A stretch of 34,496 nt of DNA from Candidatus Micrarchaeota archaeon (GCA_021792115.1 JAJYVI010000001.1:1-34496); one strand, 5' to 3'; positions 25,241-34,277 are shown, counted from the stretch's first letter. Program-made: numbers and translations. Notes: generated by a model not told the origin, from the sequence alone.

Positions 25241-27430
25241 TTAGTCCATGAACTGCTGCGGCTGAGGAGGTTCTGGAGGCTGTCCTTTCCTTGTTCTTAT
25301 CTCGCGCACAATTTTTGCTTGTAACTCAGACGGAAGTTTCTCAAAGCCCCCGAACTCGTGGTACCATATTGCCCTGCCCTGGGTAAGGCTTCTCATTTCA
25401 TTCGAGAACCCCTTTATGACTTCTGAAACAGGCAGCTTCGCAACTATTGTGACCTGCTCGTTCTCCTGCGAGACTGTGAGCACTTGGCCTCTTTTAGACT
25501 GCAGGAATGATACCATATTTGACATATAGTCCTGTGGTATGTTAATTGTAAATATTTGCTTAGGCTCTAGGAGCTGCACGCCTGCTGTAAGCAAGCCTGC
25601 GTATATCGCGCGCCTTATGGCTGGTATTATCTGGGCAGGCCCTCTGTGCACAGGATCCTCGTGTATTGTTGCATCTGTAATGCCTACCAGGACTCCTGTC
25701 ACCTTCTCCCTTGCCAGAGGCCCGTCAGTAACCGCCTCCTCGAAGCCATCTATCAGTAACTCCATGACTTCATTAAGATACTGAACCCCATGGCTTACAT
25801 CTGCAAGTACGCAGTGATTCTTGACATACTCAATATTCTTTGCAATCTGTCTGTCTATGCCTGCTTCTATAAATGCCTCGACAGCAGACTGACCTTTTGG
25901 CTTTCCTTCATGTATCTTGCCCTCGTCCATGGCCTTTAGGACTGCATCAGGCAATGGCTCTACAGTTATATAAAACCTGGAGTGCTTGTTCGGCGACTTT
26001 CCCTCTATAGGCCCTGCCTTTTTGGAGATAGTCTCGACATAAAGAACTATTGGTTCGCTTGAAATTATCGGGATGCTAAACTCGTCCTTGAGCTTGGTCT
26101 CTATTGTCTCAAGCTGCAGCTCTCCTACTCCGCTGACTAGGTGCTCGCCAGTATCCTTGTTGACCTCTATCCTGACTGTCGGGTCCTCCTTTGATAAGGC
26201 TCTCATGGCTTCTATCAGCTTGCTAGTGTCCCTTGAGTCCTTGGCTTCTATCGCCTTTGTGACGACCGCTGTGGAGAACTGTATCTCCTCAAAAGGCTCT
26301 ATGTCATCCTCGCTCACAGTATCGCCAATTGTAAGGTCTTTTAACCCTGCCAGTGCGACTATGTTTCCTGCTGGTATAGAGTCTACTGCAACCTTTTCAG
26401 GACCCATATATATCGCAATCTGCTGCAACCTTTGCTTAAGGGTCTTGCCTGTCACATTCACCTCAAGTCCTTTTCTTGCTGTTCCTGAAAAGATCCTTCC
26501 AACTGCTACTTCACCAGAATGCGGATCGTACTTTATACCAAAGACGACTATGTTTGTCTTGCCGTTCGCATTTGTTGAGAGCATGTCCTTGGCATTGTCT
26601 GAGTCAAGGTCTCCATGCCAGATCTGCGGAATCCTGTATGGCTGTGCGTCTTTAGGATTTGGAAGATGATCGATCATCATTGCAAGTACTGCTTCTTCTA
26701 TTGGTGCTATTTCCTGTAACTTTGACTCGTCCCCTTTCTCTGTAAGTTCAAAGATATCCTTGAAGGAAATCTTCCTAAGGTCCATAGTAGTCTTTGATAC
26801 TGCCCATCTCTTCATAGCAGATCCAAAACAGACAGCACCATTATCAACACTTAATTGCCATTGATTAGCAAATTCCTCTGGCGCATACTTTGAGATAAGC
26901 AAATTAACATCCTTTATTAATTTAAGCAGCCTCTCAAATGTCTGCTCTTTGGTGAGCCTGAGCTCGTTAAGCAGTCTGTCAACCTTATTGACAAACAGCA
27001 CTGGCTTGGCTTTCTCCTTTAGGGCCTGCCTAAGAACTGTTTCTGTCTGAGGCATAATGCCCTCTACAGGGTCAACTACAAGAACTACTCCGTCAACAGC
27101 TCTCATAGCTCTTATGACATGAGATCCAAAGTCTATATGGCCAGGAGTATCTATTAAATTTATTAAGTAATCTTCATCATTGTAATTGAATCCAAGAGAG
27201 ATATATGCGGACTTTATAGTCATTCTTCTGTCTTTTTCAATTGCCTCATAGTTTGTGTATAATATATCTCCTGCTACTGCTTTTGAGATAAGACCTGCCT
27301 TTGCAAGCAGAGAATCAGTAAGTGTTGTCTTGCCATGGTGCACGTGCGCGATTATCGCAACATTCCTTATCTTATTAATGTCTCCCATTATCTTTGTTAT
27401 TTCAGATACAACATATTCTTTTCTTACCAT
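25241..27430 (-). CDS. fusA: Translation elongation factor aEF-2
   Basis: RNVAIIAHVHHGKTTL, LIDTPGH, NKVD, EDPT, GELQLE, KSPNKH, diphthamide loop HEDPVHRGPAQ, LLEP. Lies downstream of S12-S7. Confidence 0.97.
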   Translation of the reverse strand: MVRKEYVVSEITKIMGDINKIRNVAIIAHVHHGKTTLTDSLLAKAGLISKAVAGDILYTNYEAIEKDRRMTIKSAYISLGFNYNDEDYLINLIDTPGHIDFGSHVIRAMRAVDGVVLVVDPVEGIMPQTETVLRQALKEKAKPVLFVNKVDRLLNELRLTKEQTFERLLKLIKDVNLLISKYAPEEFANQWQLSVDNGAVCFGSAMKRWAVSKTTMDLRKISFKDIFELTEKGDESKLQEIAPIEEAVLAMMIDHLPNPKDAQPYRIPQIWHGDLDSDNAKDMLSTNANGKTNIVVFGIKYDPHSGEVAVGRIFSGTARKGLEVNVTGKTLKQRLQQIAIYMGPEKVAVDSIPAGNIVALAGLKDLTIGDTVSEDDIEPFEEIQFSTAVVTKAIEAKDSRDTSKLIEAMRALSKEDPTVRIEVNKDTGEHLVSGVGELQLETIETKLKDEFSIPIISSEPIVLYVETISKKAGPIEGKSPNKHSRFYITVEPLPDAVLKAMDEGKIHEGKPKGQSAVEAFIEAGIDRQIAKNIEYVKNHCVLADVSHGVQYLNEVMELLIDGFEEAVTDGPLAREKVTGVLVGITDATIHEDPVHRGPAQIIPAIRRAIYAGLLTAGVQLLEPKQIFTINIPQDYMSNMVSFLQSKRGQVLTVSQENEQVTIVAKLPVSEVIKGFSNEMRSLTQGRAIWYHEFGGFEKLPSELQAKIVREIRTRKGQPPEPPQPQQFMD

Positions 27431-27625
27431 AAAATCGCTGATTAATACTTAACACTTATTAATACTTATAATTTAGAACGCAATACATGAGTCTTTTTGA
27501 AGGTAATATTAAAAACCTTATGCGTTTAAGAAAAAATGCAAAACAAATAAAAGAAATGAAAGATAAAATAATTAAATTAATTTACCATGTGTTGTGAGAA
27601 ACTTAATCCGGAATGTAACACAGGA

Positions 27626-28228
27626 TTACTTTGCGCTCCTTGCCATTCTCTCTATCTCATTCCTTCTTTTTATTGCATACCCATTAGGGTCGTTTCTTGA
27701 CGCTAGGATAAGCTCATTTGCGAGCGCATCCCTCATTGTCATTTTCTTTCCGAATGATGCAAGTATTGCTGCAATTGAAATATTTCTTAAAGCATAATCA
27801 AGCCTTCTGCTTGCGCTTATATCTACTGCAATATTAGAAATTATCCCTCCGTATCTTACTCTTGTTGTGTCCTCGATAGGAGCTGAATTCTCGACCGCCT
27901 GTATAAAAACCTGCAAAGGATTCTGGTTTGTCTTTTCCTGTATTTGCTCAAATGCATCTTCTATAATATGCATTACTTTGAGCTTTTTCCCCTGCAGCCT
28001 GCCTTTTGTTCTTATGACATGGCCTCCTATCTTTCCTCCTGTGCCTCCTCTCATAAGAGCATTCTCAAGCCTCTCAATTATGTTTATCTTTGCCTTTGAG
28101 AAATCCTTCTTGCTTGTCCTTCTGTATGAGTTAGGATACTTAAGATCGTTCAGAAAGATATAATTCCTGAGGCTTTGGTCATTGACCTCCACCTCGTAGC
28201 TGTATTTGTCAAATAATAAGTTTGCCAT
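27626..28228 (-). CDS. rps7: 30S ribosomal protein S7 (uS7)
   Basis: IIERLEN, NPLQVF, ENSAPIEDTTR, VDISASRR, EIERMARSA. Confidence 0.97.
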   Translation of the reverse strand: MANLLFDKYSYEVEVNDQSLRNYIFLNDLKYPNSYRRTSKKDFSKAKINIIERLENALMRGGTGGKIGGHVIRTKGRLQGKKLKVMHIIEDAFEQIQEKTNQNPLQVFIQAVENSAPIEDTTRVRYGGIISNIAVDISASRRLDYALRNISIAAILASFGKKMTMRDALANELILASRNDPNGYAIKRRNEIERMARSAK

Positions 28229-28230
28229 GA

Positions 28231-28659
28231 TTATCTCTTTGGTTTTTCAATCTTGCCCATCCTAAGCAGCCTGAGATTTGCACCATTCACTGCGACAACT
28301 TTGTATTTCATGCCTGGTATGCATCCCATCTGCCCTCTTTGGGACCCTCCGAGCCCTTCTATTGTTACCTCATCGTGCTCGTCTATATATGTGATGCTCT
28401 TGTCGCCAGGCACGAATGCGCCGACAACCTTTGAGTTCTTTATAATCTGAACCCGCACACACTTTATCTGTCCTGAGTTCGGCTGCTTCTGCTCGACAGC
28501 GAACTTTTGCAATACAAGCCCCTTTGTCCTAGGGACTGTTCCCATTGGGTCGAATTTCTCCTTAAGCTTGAATTTCTTCCTTTTCCACCATTTCTTAAGC
28601 AGTCTCTGGTGCTTTCTTCCTCTTACTAATTTTCTTGCCGCAAATTCTCCGTTTCCCAA
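28231..28659 (-). CDS. rps12: 30S ribosomal protein S12 (uS12), TTG start
   Basis: GEFAARKL, KQPNS, KCVRVQ, AFVPGD, IDEHDEV, IPG.KYKV. Confidence 0.96.
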   Translation of the reverse strand: MGNGEFAARKLVRGRKHQRLLKKWWKRKKFKLKEKFDPMGTVPRTKGLVLQKFAVEQKQPNSGQIKCVRVQIIKNSKVVGAFVPGDKSITYIDEHDEVTIEGLGGSQRGQMGCIPGMKYKVVAVNGANLRLLRMGKIEKPKR

Positions 28660-29127
28660 TTAATCACTTTGTTCATTTATTTCCTGAGCCCCGTCGCTCT
28701 CTGCATCTTCTGCAGATTCCTCTTCATTTTCTGAACCTGCCTGCATTGATTCCTCATCTTGCTCCTCCTCTACTGTTTCATCTTCATCTTCTATTTCTTC
28801 TTCCTTAGATTCAACAGAAGCAGTTGCAGCAGTTTCAGGAGCATTGAGTATATTTGAATTTCCAGGGTCTATGACCGCAAGCACTGAAACAGAATATGGC
28901 TTTCCACATACAGAACCCAGCTCCATAGAGTTGCCTGTAAAGACTTCAAGCCTTATGCCTGATATTCCAGTGATATACTTTATGTCATTTATTGCATCAG
29001 CTTTGTTTCCTGAAGCAATAACAACAAGCTTTGCAGAGCTGCTCTCGATGGATCTTATGACCTGCCTTGCGCCAAGAGCCACGTCCCCACTGTCAACAGC
29101 TAAGCGTATATCATTTGGTTGTATCAT
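28660..29127 (-). CDS. rpl30e: 50S ribosomal protein L30e with a long acidic C-terminal extension
   Basis: LAVDSGDVALG, KLVVIAS, GNSMELGSVCGKPYSVSVLAVIDPGNSNIL, followed by a ~55-aa Glu/Asp-rich tail. Confidence 0.93.
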   Translation of the reverse strand: MIQPNDIRLAVDSGDVALGARQVIRSIESSSAKLVVIASGNKADAINDIKYITGISGIRLEVFTGNSMELGSVCGKPYSVSVLAVIDPGNSNILNAPETAATASVESKEEEIEDEDETVEEEQDEESMQAGSENEEESAEDAESDGAQEINEQSD

Positions 29128-29168
29128 GCTAATCAAATCATGTTTTTAGTGCTAATATAAGGGCTTAA

Positions 29169-29471
29169 TTAACCGAACAGCCCTGCAAGTCCTGCTGCTG
29201 CTTCTTCCTCAGATTTTTTCTCCTCTTTTTTCTCCTCTTTCTTCTGTTCCTGCTTATGTTCTGCTGCAGGAGCCTGAGCTTGGGCAACTTGCATGTTTTC
29301 TGCAGACTTCAGTATTTCTTTTATATCAACTCCTTTCAATGACTCGACAATTGCTTTTGCCTTTGCCTCGTCAGGACTGAATCCTGCTGCCTTTACCACA
29401 TCCAATAAACTCTTTTCGTTTATTTCTTTTCCTGCTGCATCTATTAGCAGAGCTGCGTACACATATTCCAT
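29169..29471 (-). CDS. rpl12: 50S ribosomal stalk protein L12 (aP1)
   Basis: [10 protein letters not shown]-terminus and [14 protein letters not shown]-terminus. Confidence 0.97.
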   Translation of the reverse strand: MEYVYAALLIDAAGKEINEKSLLDVVKAAGFSPDEAKAKAIVESLKGVDIKEILKSAENMQVAQAQAPAAEHKQEQKKEEKKEEKKSEEEAAAGLAGLFG

Positions 29472-29499
29472 AGTTTCACCTAAAAATTCATTAGTATTT

Positions 29500-29560
29500 T
29501 GTTTTTTATTATTCTGTTTTTATTTTATTTTATTCTGTTTTTATTTTATTTATTTTTTAT
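29500..29560. repeat. Low-complexity AT-rich tandem repeat between rpl10 and rpl12
   Basis: About 21-bp unit ATTCTGTTTTTATTTTATTTT repeated twice, plus TTTTA sub-repeats. Confidence 0.6.
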
Positions 29561-29643
29561 AATATTTTCTTTTTTTAATATATAATTTAATTTAATATTT
29601 ATAATTAATTTCAATTAATCTGTTTTTAAGTATATCTTGAGTT

Positions 29644-30492
29644 TTATTTTGCACTGCTACTGATTGCATTGTTTGCGCTAGCTGCTGCCAGAAATGCATT
29701 TACCAGAAGCTTCTCAACAATGCCCTTGTCATAGAGCTTTGCCTTTACTCCAAAGAACATTGCATTAGTATATGCCTTTGATATAAATCTCTTTACTGTG
29801 TATTTATTAACTATTTCTTTGTCAATGCAGATTGCAAGTGCGCCGTTGAATGCTTTGTATATGTTGCTTAGTGTGTAATCCTTGTCTATTCCAAGAATAT
29901 CTTTTGTGAAAATCAGGTTCTGTGAAAGCACCAAACTCGGCTCTATTGTAACAGTAAATGGCTTTATGTCAAGTATTCTGAGTACTTTTGAGATAGGTGC
30001 AGTAATTACCTCGTCCTTCTTTATCACTTTATCCTTTCCAATTACAACTTTTCCTTTCTGTATCTGCACATCTATTCCTGCCTGCTTCAGTTCTGTAACG
30101 GTCTGCCCTGGCTGTATGTTTGTCTCTCCACTTTTTATTACTATCTCTGAATTTGCTTTTTGATTAGGTTTTGCAGCAAGCTTAAGTTGGTTTGATTTTA
30201 ATTTTTTGAATATGCTGAATCCTGTATCATTCGTCATGAATACTGCATGCTGAGCATGCTGCTTCTTCAGCTCGTCTGCGATTGGCTTTAGCCTTTCCTC
30301 GCCTTCAAGGGCCTTCAGCAAGAGTCTTTTCCTTGCAAAAAGCACTTTAGCGTCGCTTTTTATGCTGTTCTTTGACTTTTGCAAGAGCTTATCAGGAATG
30401 CGCTCAATCGGAATAAGACCTATTGTTTCATACTTTTTGAGTTCATTCCTTGCATTTTTTATGAATTCGCTCTTTTGTGTTTTTGTAAGCAT
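29644..30492 (-). CDS. rpl10: 50S ribosomal protein L10 (P0), lacking the C-terminal acidic tail
   Basis: ARKRLLLKAL, AAKPNQKA..EIVIKSGETNIQPG, LKQAGI, LRILDIKPF and three stalk helices. In L1-L10-L12 order. Confidence 0.92.
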   Translation of the reverse strand: MLTKTQKSEFIKNARNELKKYETIGLIPIERIPDKLLQKSKNSIKSDAKVLFARKRLLLKALEGEERLKPIADELKKQHAQHAVFMTNDTGFSIFKKLKSNQLKLAAKPNQKANSEIVIKSGETNIQPGQTVTELKQAGIDVQIQKGKVVIGKDKVIKKDEVITAPISKVLRILDIKPFTVTIEPSLVLSQNLIFTKDILGIDKDYTLSNIYKAFNGALAICIDKEIVNKYTVKRFISKAYTNAMFFGVKAKLYDKGIVEKLLVNAFLAAASANNAISSSAK

Positions 30493-30564
30493 AAAATCAT
30501 GTTATTATTTAATTTGATTAATTAATTTGATTTTTGATTTTTAAGATTTTTAATTAATGATTGA

Positions 30565-31197
30565 TTACATTATCTTTATTGCACTGCTCATTGTCAGTTT
30601 TGTATAAACTGATTTTATTGCAGGCTTGCCTACTTTTTTTACCAGAGCATTAACTACAGAATCTATATTTTCTGCAATATCATTCACAGGCATTGTCTCA
30701 TTTCCTACAACACAGTGAATTGTAGGAAGATATTTACCTTTGCTTTTAAGTGTTATTGATCCTGACAGATTTTGGAACATTTTTTCCATGTCTCCTATTA
30801 TTGGCTTAGGCATCTTATTTCTCGGTCCTAGAAATTGACCAAGATTCTTTGCTATCACAGGCATAAGGCCTGGTTCTGCAATAAGATCATAGTCTAATAA
30901 CTCGTTCCTTTTTACCTTGTCATTTGATATTGATGGAATTTCTGCAGATGGTATTATCTGCTTTGCTCCAAGAGACTTTGCCTTTTCAGAGACATCTCTT
31001 TTGTCTGCAAATACTATTATATTAGTAGACTTTCCCTTACCTTTCGGCAACGTTACATCTATATTCAGCCTGTTCTGCTGATTAGAAAAGTCAATGCCTT
31101 TGAAATTTATCGCAAGTTCAACAGACTGGGTAAACTTCCTCTTTGACTTATTGTCAGAGATAAATTTCTCTAATGCCTCTAATGTTTTTGCTTCCAT
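30565..31197 (-). CDS. rpl1: 50S ribosomal protein L1 (uL1)
   Basis: KRKFTQSVELAINFK, LGQFLGPRNKMPKP, HCVVGNETM, KLTMS. Confidence 0.97.
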   Translation of the reverse strand: MEAKTLEALEKFISDNKSKRKFTQSVELAINFKGIDFSNQQNRLNIDVTLPKGKGKSTNIIVFADKRDVSEKAKSLGAKQIIPSAEIPSISNDKVKRNELLDYDLIAEPGLMPVIAKNLGQFLGPRNKMPKPIIGDMEKMFQNLSGSITLKSKGKYLPTIHCVVGNETMPVNDIAENIDSVVNALVKKVGKPAIKSVYTKLTMSSAIKIM

Positions 31198-31205
31198 AAA
31201 ATCAA

Positions 31206-31235
31206 TCCCTCCTGTAAACTACAGTCTTAGCGGGA
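31206..31235 (-). promoter_or_regulatory. L1-binding autoregulatory RNA element in the rpl1 leader
   Basis: Minus strand UCCC-GCUAAGA-CUGUA-GUU-UACAG-GA-GGGA: two stems around an asymmetric loop CGCUAAGAC/GGAG. It resembles the L1 site of 23S rRNA and of L1-regulated mRNAs, and overlaps the SD GGAGG. Confidence 0.75.
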
Positions 31236-31371
31236 AAATTAGAATGTAATTATTTTATAATTAAGACAAAAAGTTATTTAAACATTTATAAAAATTTCAG
31301 TTACAGGAATGCAACGCTTTATGCTATAAAAGTGCGCATTTATAAACTTGCAGGCATACATGTTTGCAGAT

Positions 31372-32334
31372 TTAGTATATTTTTATTTTTTTATTTTTAT
31401 CCTGCTGCTTTGAATTTTGCTTTGTTTTTATTGCATATGCAACCTCCATTATATTATTGAATACAAACTCTGGTTTTTCCTTTGCAATCTGCTCAGGAAA
31501 ACTCATGCCGTTGTCAGAGACAATCAATGACTTGCATCCTGCATCCCTTGACGCCCATATGTCAACTATTGCATCACCTATGTAAACTGTTTTCTCCACT
31601 GGGACTCCAAGCATCTGCGCTGCCTTAATTATACCTTCACCTGACGGTTTTTCCTTTGTAATGTCTTCCTTGCAGATTACTGCATCCAAAATTTTGTAAT
31701 ATGGCACATCCCTTTCCACTGCATTGCGACCGCCATTTGAAAATAGTGCCAATTTATAGCCTTTTTGCTTCAATAAGACCATTGCTTCTTGCGAACCTGA
31801 AATTGTTTCAACAAGCTTTTTGCCTTCATCAGAATTAAAGAATTTTCCATATTCATCATAAATTATTTGCATTGTTTTTTCTGCTGCATCTGCGCCTTTT
31901 TTGGCAATGTAATCTTGAATCAAAGCAGTAACAAATTCTTCTGCATCAGGCTTCTTTAAAATGTCGATAAGCTCCGCTTCTTTATGCAAATCAGAAATTG
32001 CAAGCAAAGCATATATACATTTTTTCCTATTTTTGTACCTGCCAAGGCCTTTAAGATGCCACACTGCATCTGCATCAAATTTATAGTCTATGCCAACTGC
32101 TTTAAATCCTACTTCAAAAGATTTGCTGTCAAGTTCTGTTGTATCCCTCAGGACGCCGCCTACATCAACCACAAAAAGCTCTGCATCATTAAGCTTGAAA
32201 ATTTTTTTGGGTGGTTTGGATTTTAAATAAAATTTAAGCGTATCTGCGCCTTGAGCTGCAGTAGGCTCTATAACATTATCTTTTTTTCTATTCATATCAA
32301 GAATATAATTTTGAAGTTTATTGTTTATTTCCAT
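31372..32334 (-). CDS. HAD-superfamily hydrolase (subfamily IA) with N-terminal extension
   Basis: Motif I VVDVGGVLRD, II LFSNG, III KEKPSGEG, IV YIGDAIVDIWASRDAG. The start is uncertain (32361, 32334 or later). Confidence 0.88.
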   Translation of the reverse strand: MEINNKLQNYILDMNRKKDNVIEPTAAQGADTLKFYLKSKPPKKIFKLNDAELFVVDVGGVLRDTTELDSKSFEVGFKAVGIDYKFDADAVWHLKGLGRYKNRKKCIYALLAISDLHKEAELIDILKKPDAEEFVTALIQDYIAKKGADAAEKTMQIIYDEYGKFFNSDEGKKLVETISGSQEAMVLLKQKGYKLALFSNGGRNAVERDVPYYKILDAVICKEDITKEKPSGEGIIKAAQMLGVPVEKTVYIGDAIVDIWASRDAGCKSLIVSDNGMSFPEQIAKEKPEFVFNNIMEVAYAIKTKQNSKQQDKNKKIKIY

Positions 32335-32431
32335 TTTATCACATCTTGCCAACACAGGCATTTTAAAATTAAGCTAAAAAGATATTTAAACTTTTATTGC
32401 ATTCAGTCAATCAGCGGAACGCAGTATATAA

Positions 32432-33574
32432 TCAACTATAAGTTTTATGGTTCCTTCTAATAAATTCCCTTGCTCCATTTTTAGATATTGATGATTTGAA
32501 TGATTTAAATCCTTTTTGCTCTATTGCCTTGACAAGATTTCTGGAATCCTTTTTACTGACAAAAGAAATTGCTATTCCACCGCCTCCACCTCCGCTCAAC
32601 TTTGCGCCATATGCATTGTTTGCTTTGCAGGTATCAACAGCTAAATCAAGATTCTTTGTAGAGATTCCAAGGCGCGCCAGCATTCCTTGATTTCTATACA
32701 TTTCTGCGCCAAATTTATCTAAATTATTATGCAATAATGATCTTAGCCCTATTCTTGCGCATGACTCTATATTATCAAATATATTTTCAACAGAGCGCTT
32801 ATTATTTTTATAAAGCGCTCTTACATGCTTTACAGTTTCTGCAGTGCTTTTTTTTGGACCAGTATCAATAACAATAAGGTCAGCATATTTGAGAATGTCT
32901 AAACTGCTTATGTCATACTTTGCTATCCTTCCTGCTTTATATGAAACAAGCCCGCCAAAATATGATGCCGCAGTATCTATTCTCCCTGCATTTCTGTTTT
33001 TATGTGCAATTATTTCGCCGTGCCTGGCGATTTCTATTATTTCCTTGTCTGAAAGAGTTTTAGAGCATATAGATGCCAAAGCAGCTGCAAATGCAACAAA
33101 GCAAGATGCGCTGCTTGCAAGCCCTTTTCTTTCTGGTATATTTGAACTTATCTCTGCGCTGATGCCAAAAATATTTTCAGCTCTCTTCATAAATTGAGAA
33201 ATTATAATCCCATATGCACATATTTCATTAAACATATCCTTGTCCAATGCAATTTCATGCTTGCCAGTCATTAAAAATTTATTATACTGCCTTGACAGAT
33301 CAGAAAAAGTAAAGGATATGGATTCAGGATTGCTGTCATAAAGGCTTTGCACTGCGAGCGCAAGATTTTTGTCAATTTCAAACCTTTGGTCTTTGTCTTT
33401 CAAGAGTACTGATATTAAACTATCTTTATACTTAAATATTTTTGCAGTTGCATATCTGTCAAGAGCAAATGCCACGCACTTCCTGCCATATACAACTGCA
33501 TGCTCCCCAAAAAGTTTAAGCACTCCTGGTGCCTTTGCAATTGAGAGCACTTTGCCTGAGTTAGATACTGACAT
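32432..33574 (-). CDS. mvk: Mevalonate kinase (GHMP family)
   Basis: APGVLKLFGEHAVVYG, SNIPERKGLASSAS, IDTAASYFGG, GAKLSGGGGGG. Confidence 0.9.
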   Translation of the reverse strand: MSVSNSGKVLSIAKAPGVLKLFGEHAVVYGRKCVAFALDRYATAKIFKYKDSLISVLLKDKDQRFEIDKNLALAVQSLYDSNPESISFTFSDLSRQYNKFLMTGKHEIALDKDMFNEICAYGIIISQFMKRAENIFGISAEISSNIPERKGLASSASCFVAFAAALASICSKTLSDKEIIEIARHGEIIAHKNRNAGRIDTAASYFGGLVSYKAGRIAKYDISSLDILKYADLIVIDTGPKKSTAETVKHVRALYKNNKRSVENIFDNIESCARIGLRSLLHNNLDKFGAEMYRNQGMLARLGISTKNLDLAVDTCKANNAYGAKLSGGGGGGIAISFVSKKDSRNLVKAIEQKGFKSFKSSISKNGAREFIRRNHKTYS

Positions 33575-33659
33575 TAAATCATTACTTTTGCATTATCATC
33601 CAAAACTTTTGTTGCATAAAATAGGCATGCCAATAGCATGCCTTATATCCTGATATTTG

Positions 33660-34277
33660 CTATTTATTTTGTTTTACTAATTTCAAGCCTATGCCTGTCC
33701 CAAGATTCTTTGAATAGCCAAGCTCTATTATCATAAGACCAGCAGGTTCTATATACCTTGCCTTTTTGAGCGCGCCAACATCAACAGGCTCCATGCCTAT
33801 ATCTCTTGCTAGGTCCATGACTTTATTCTTTGCATCCTCATCATCTCCTGCTATAAAAGTAGTAAGCTTATTCTCGCCCACTTTCCCTGTCCTCATATTC
33901 TCTGCAAATATAGTATTGAATGCTTTTACAACTTTAGCCCCGTGCGCCTGCCTTGCTATCTCCTCTGCGGCAGAGTCCTGCGAATCTTTTTTCCATTCGA
34001 AATTAGGGCCTAGAGGATTGCAGACATCTATGATGATTTTTCCTTTTATGCTTTCCTTCATCTTTTCTATAGTCTCCTTGGCTGCAAGGTATGGAACTGC
34101 AAGCACTATTATGTCTGCGGATTTCGCTGCATCATTAATGCCAATAATATTTTTTCCTTTTAGTTTCATCTTTGCTGCTTTTGGGTCCCTTGATCCATAT
34201 ACAACCTCGTTGCTCTTTTCAAGAGCAGTCCCAAGATTCTTTCCAACATTCCCTGTTCCTATTATTGCTATTCTCAT
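33660..34277 (-). CDS. NADPH-dependent F420 reductase-like oxidoreductase
   Basis: MRIAIIGTGNVG Rossmann motif, YGSRDP, LAVPY, IDVCNPL, SAAEEIA, VVKAFNTI, AGDDEDAK, DVGAL. Confidence 0.9.
   Translation of the reverse strand: MRIAIIGTGNVGKNLGTALEKSNEVVYGSRDPKAAKMKLKGKNIIGINDAAKSADIIVLAVPYLAAKETIEKMKESIKGKIIIDVCNPLGPNFEWKKDSQDSAAEEIARQAHGAKVVKAFNTIFAENMRTGKVGENKLTTFIAGDDEDAKNKVMDLARDIGMEPVDVGALKKARYIEPAGLMIIELGYSKNLGTGIGLKLVKQNK

Noticed and set aside
25690..27430. EF-2 as a diphthamide-less paralog
   Set aside because: The HRGPAQ target motif is intact, dph5 is present in the window, and the gene is in its canonical position after S7.
27441..27468. 11-bp direct repeat ATTAATACTTA upstream of EF-2
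   Set aside because: An almost pure A/T repeat in an AT-rich spacer is compatible with chance or slippage.
5121..33653. Numerous antisense or alternate-frame ORFs (e.g. 5705-6148, 13728-14180, 26073-26669, 32844-33197)
   Set aside because: They overlap confidently identified genes on the opposite strand and have typical shadow-ORF composition.
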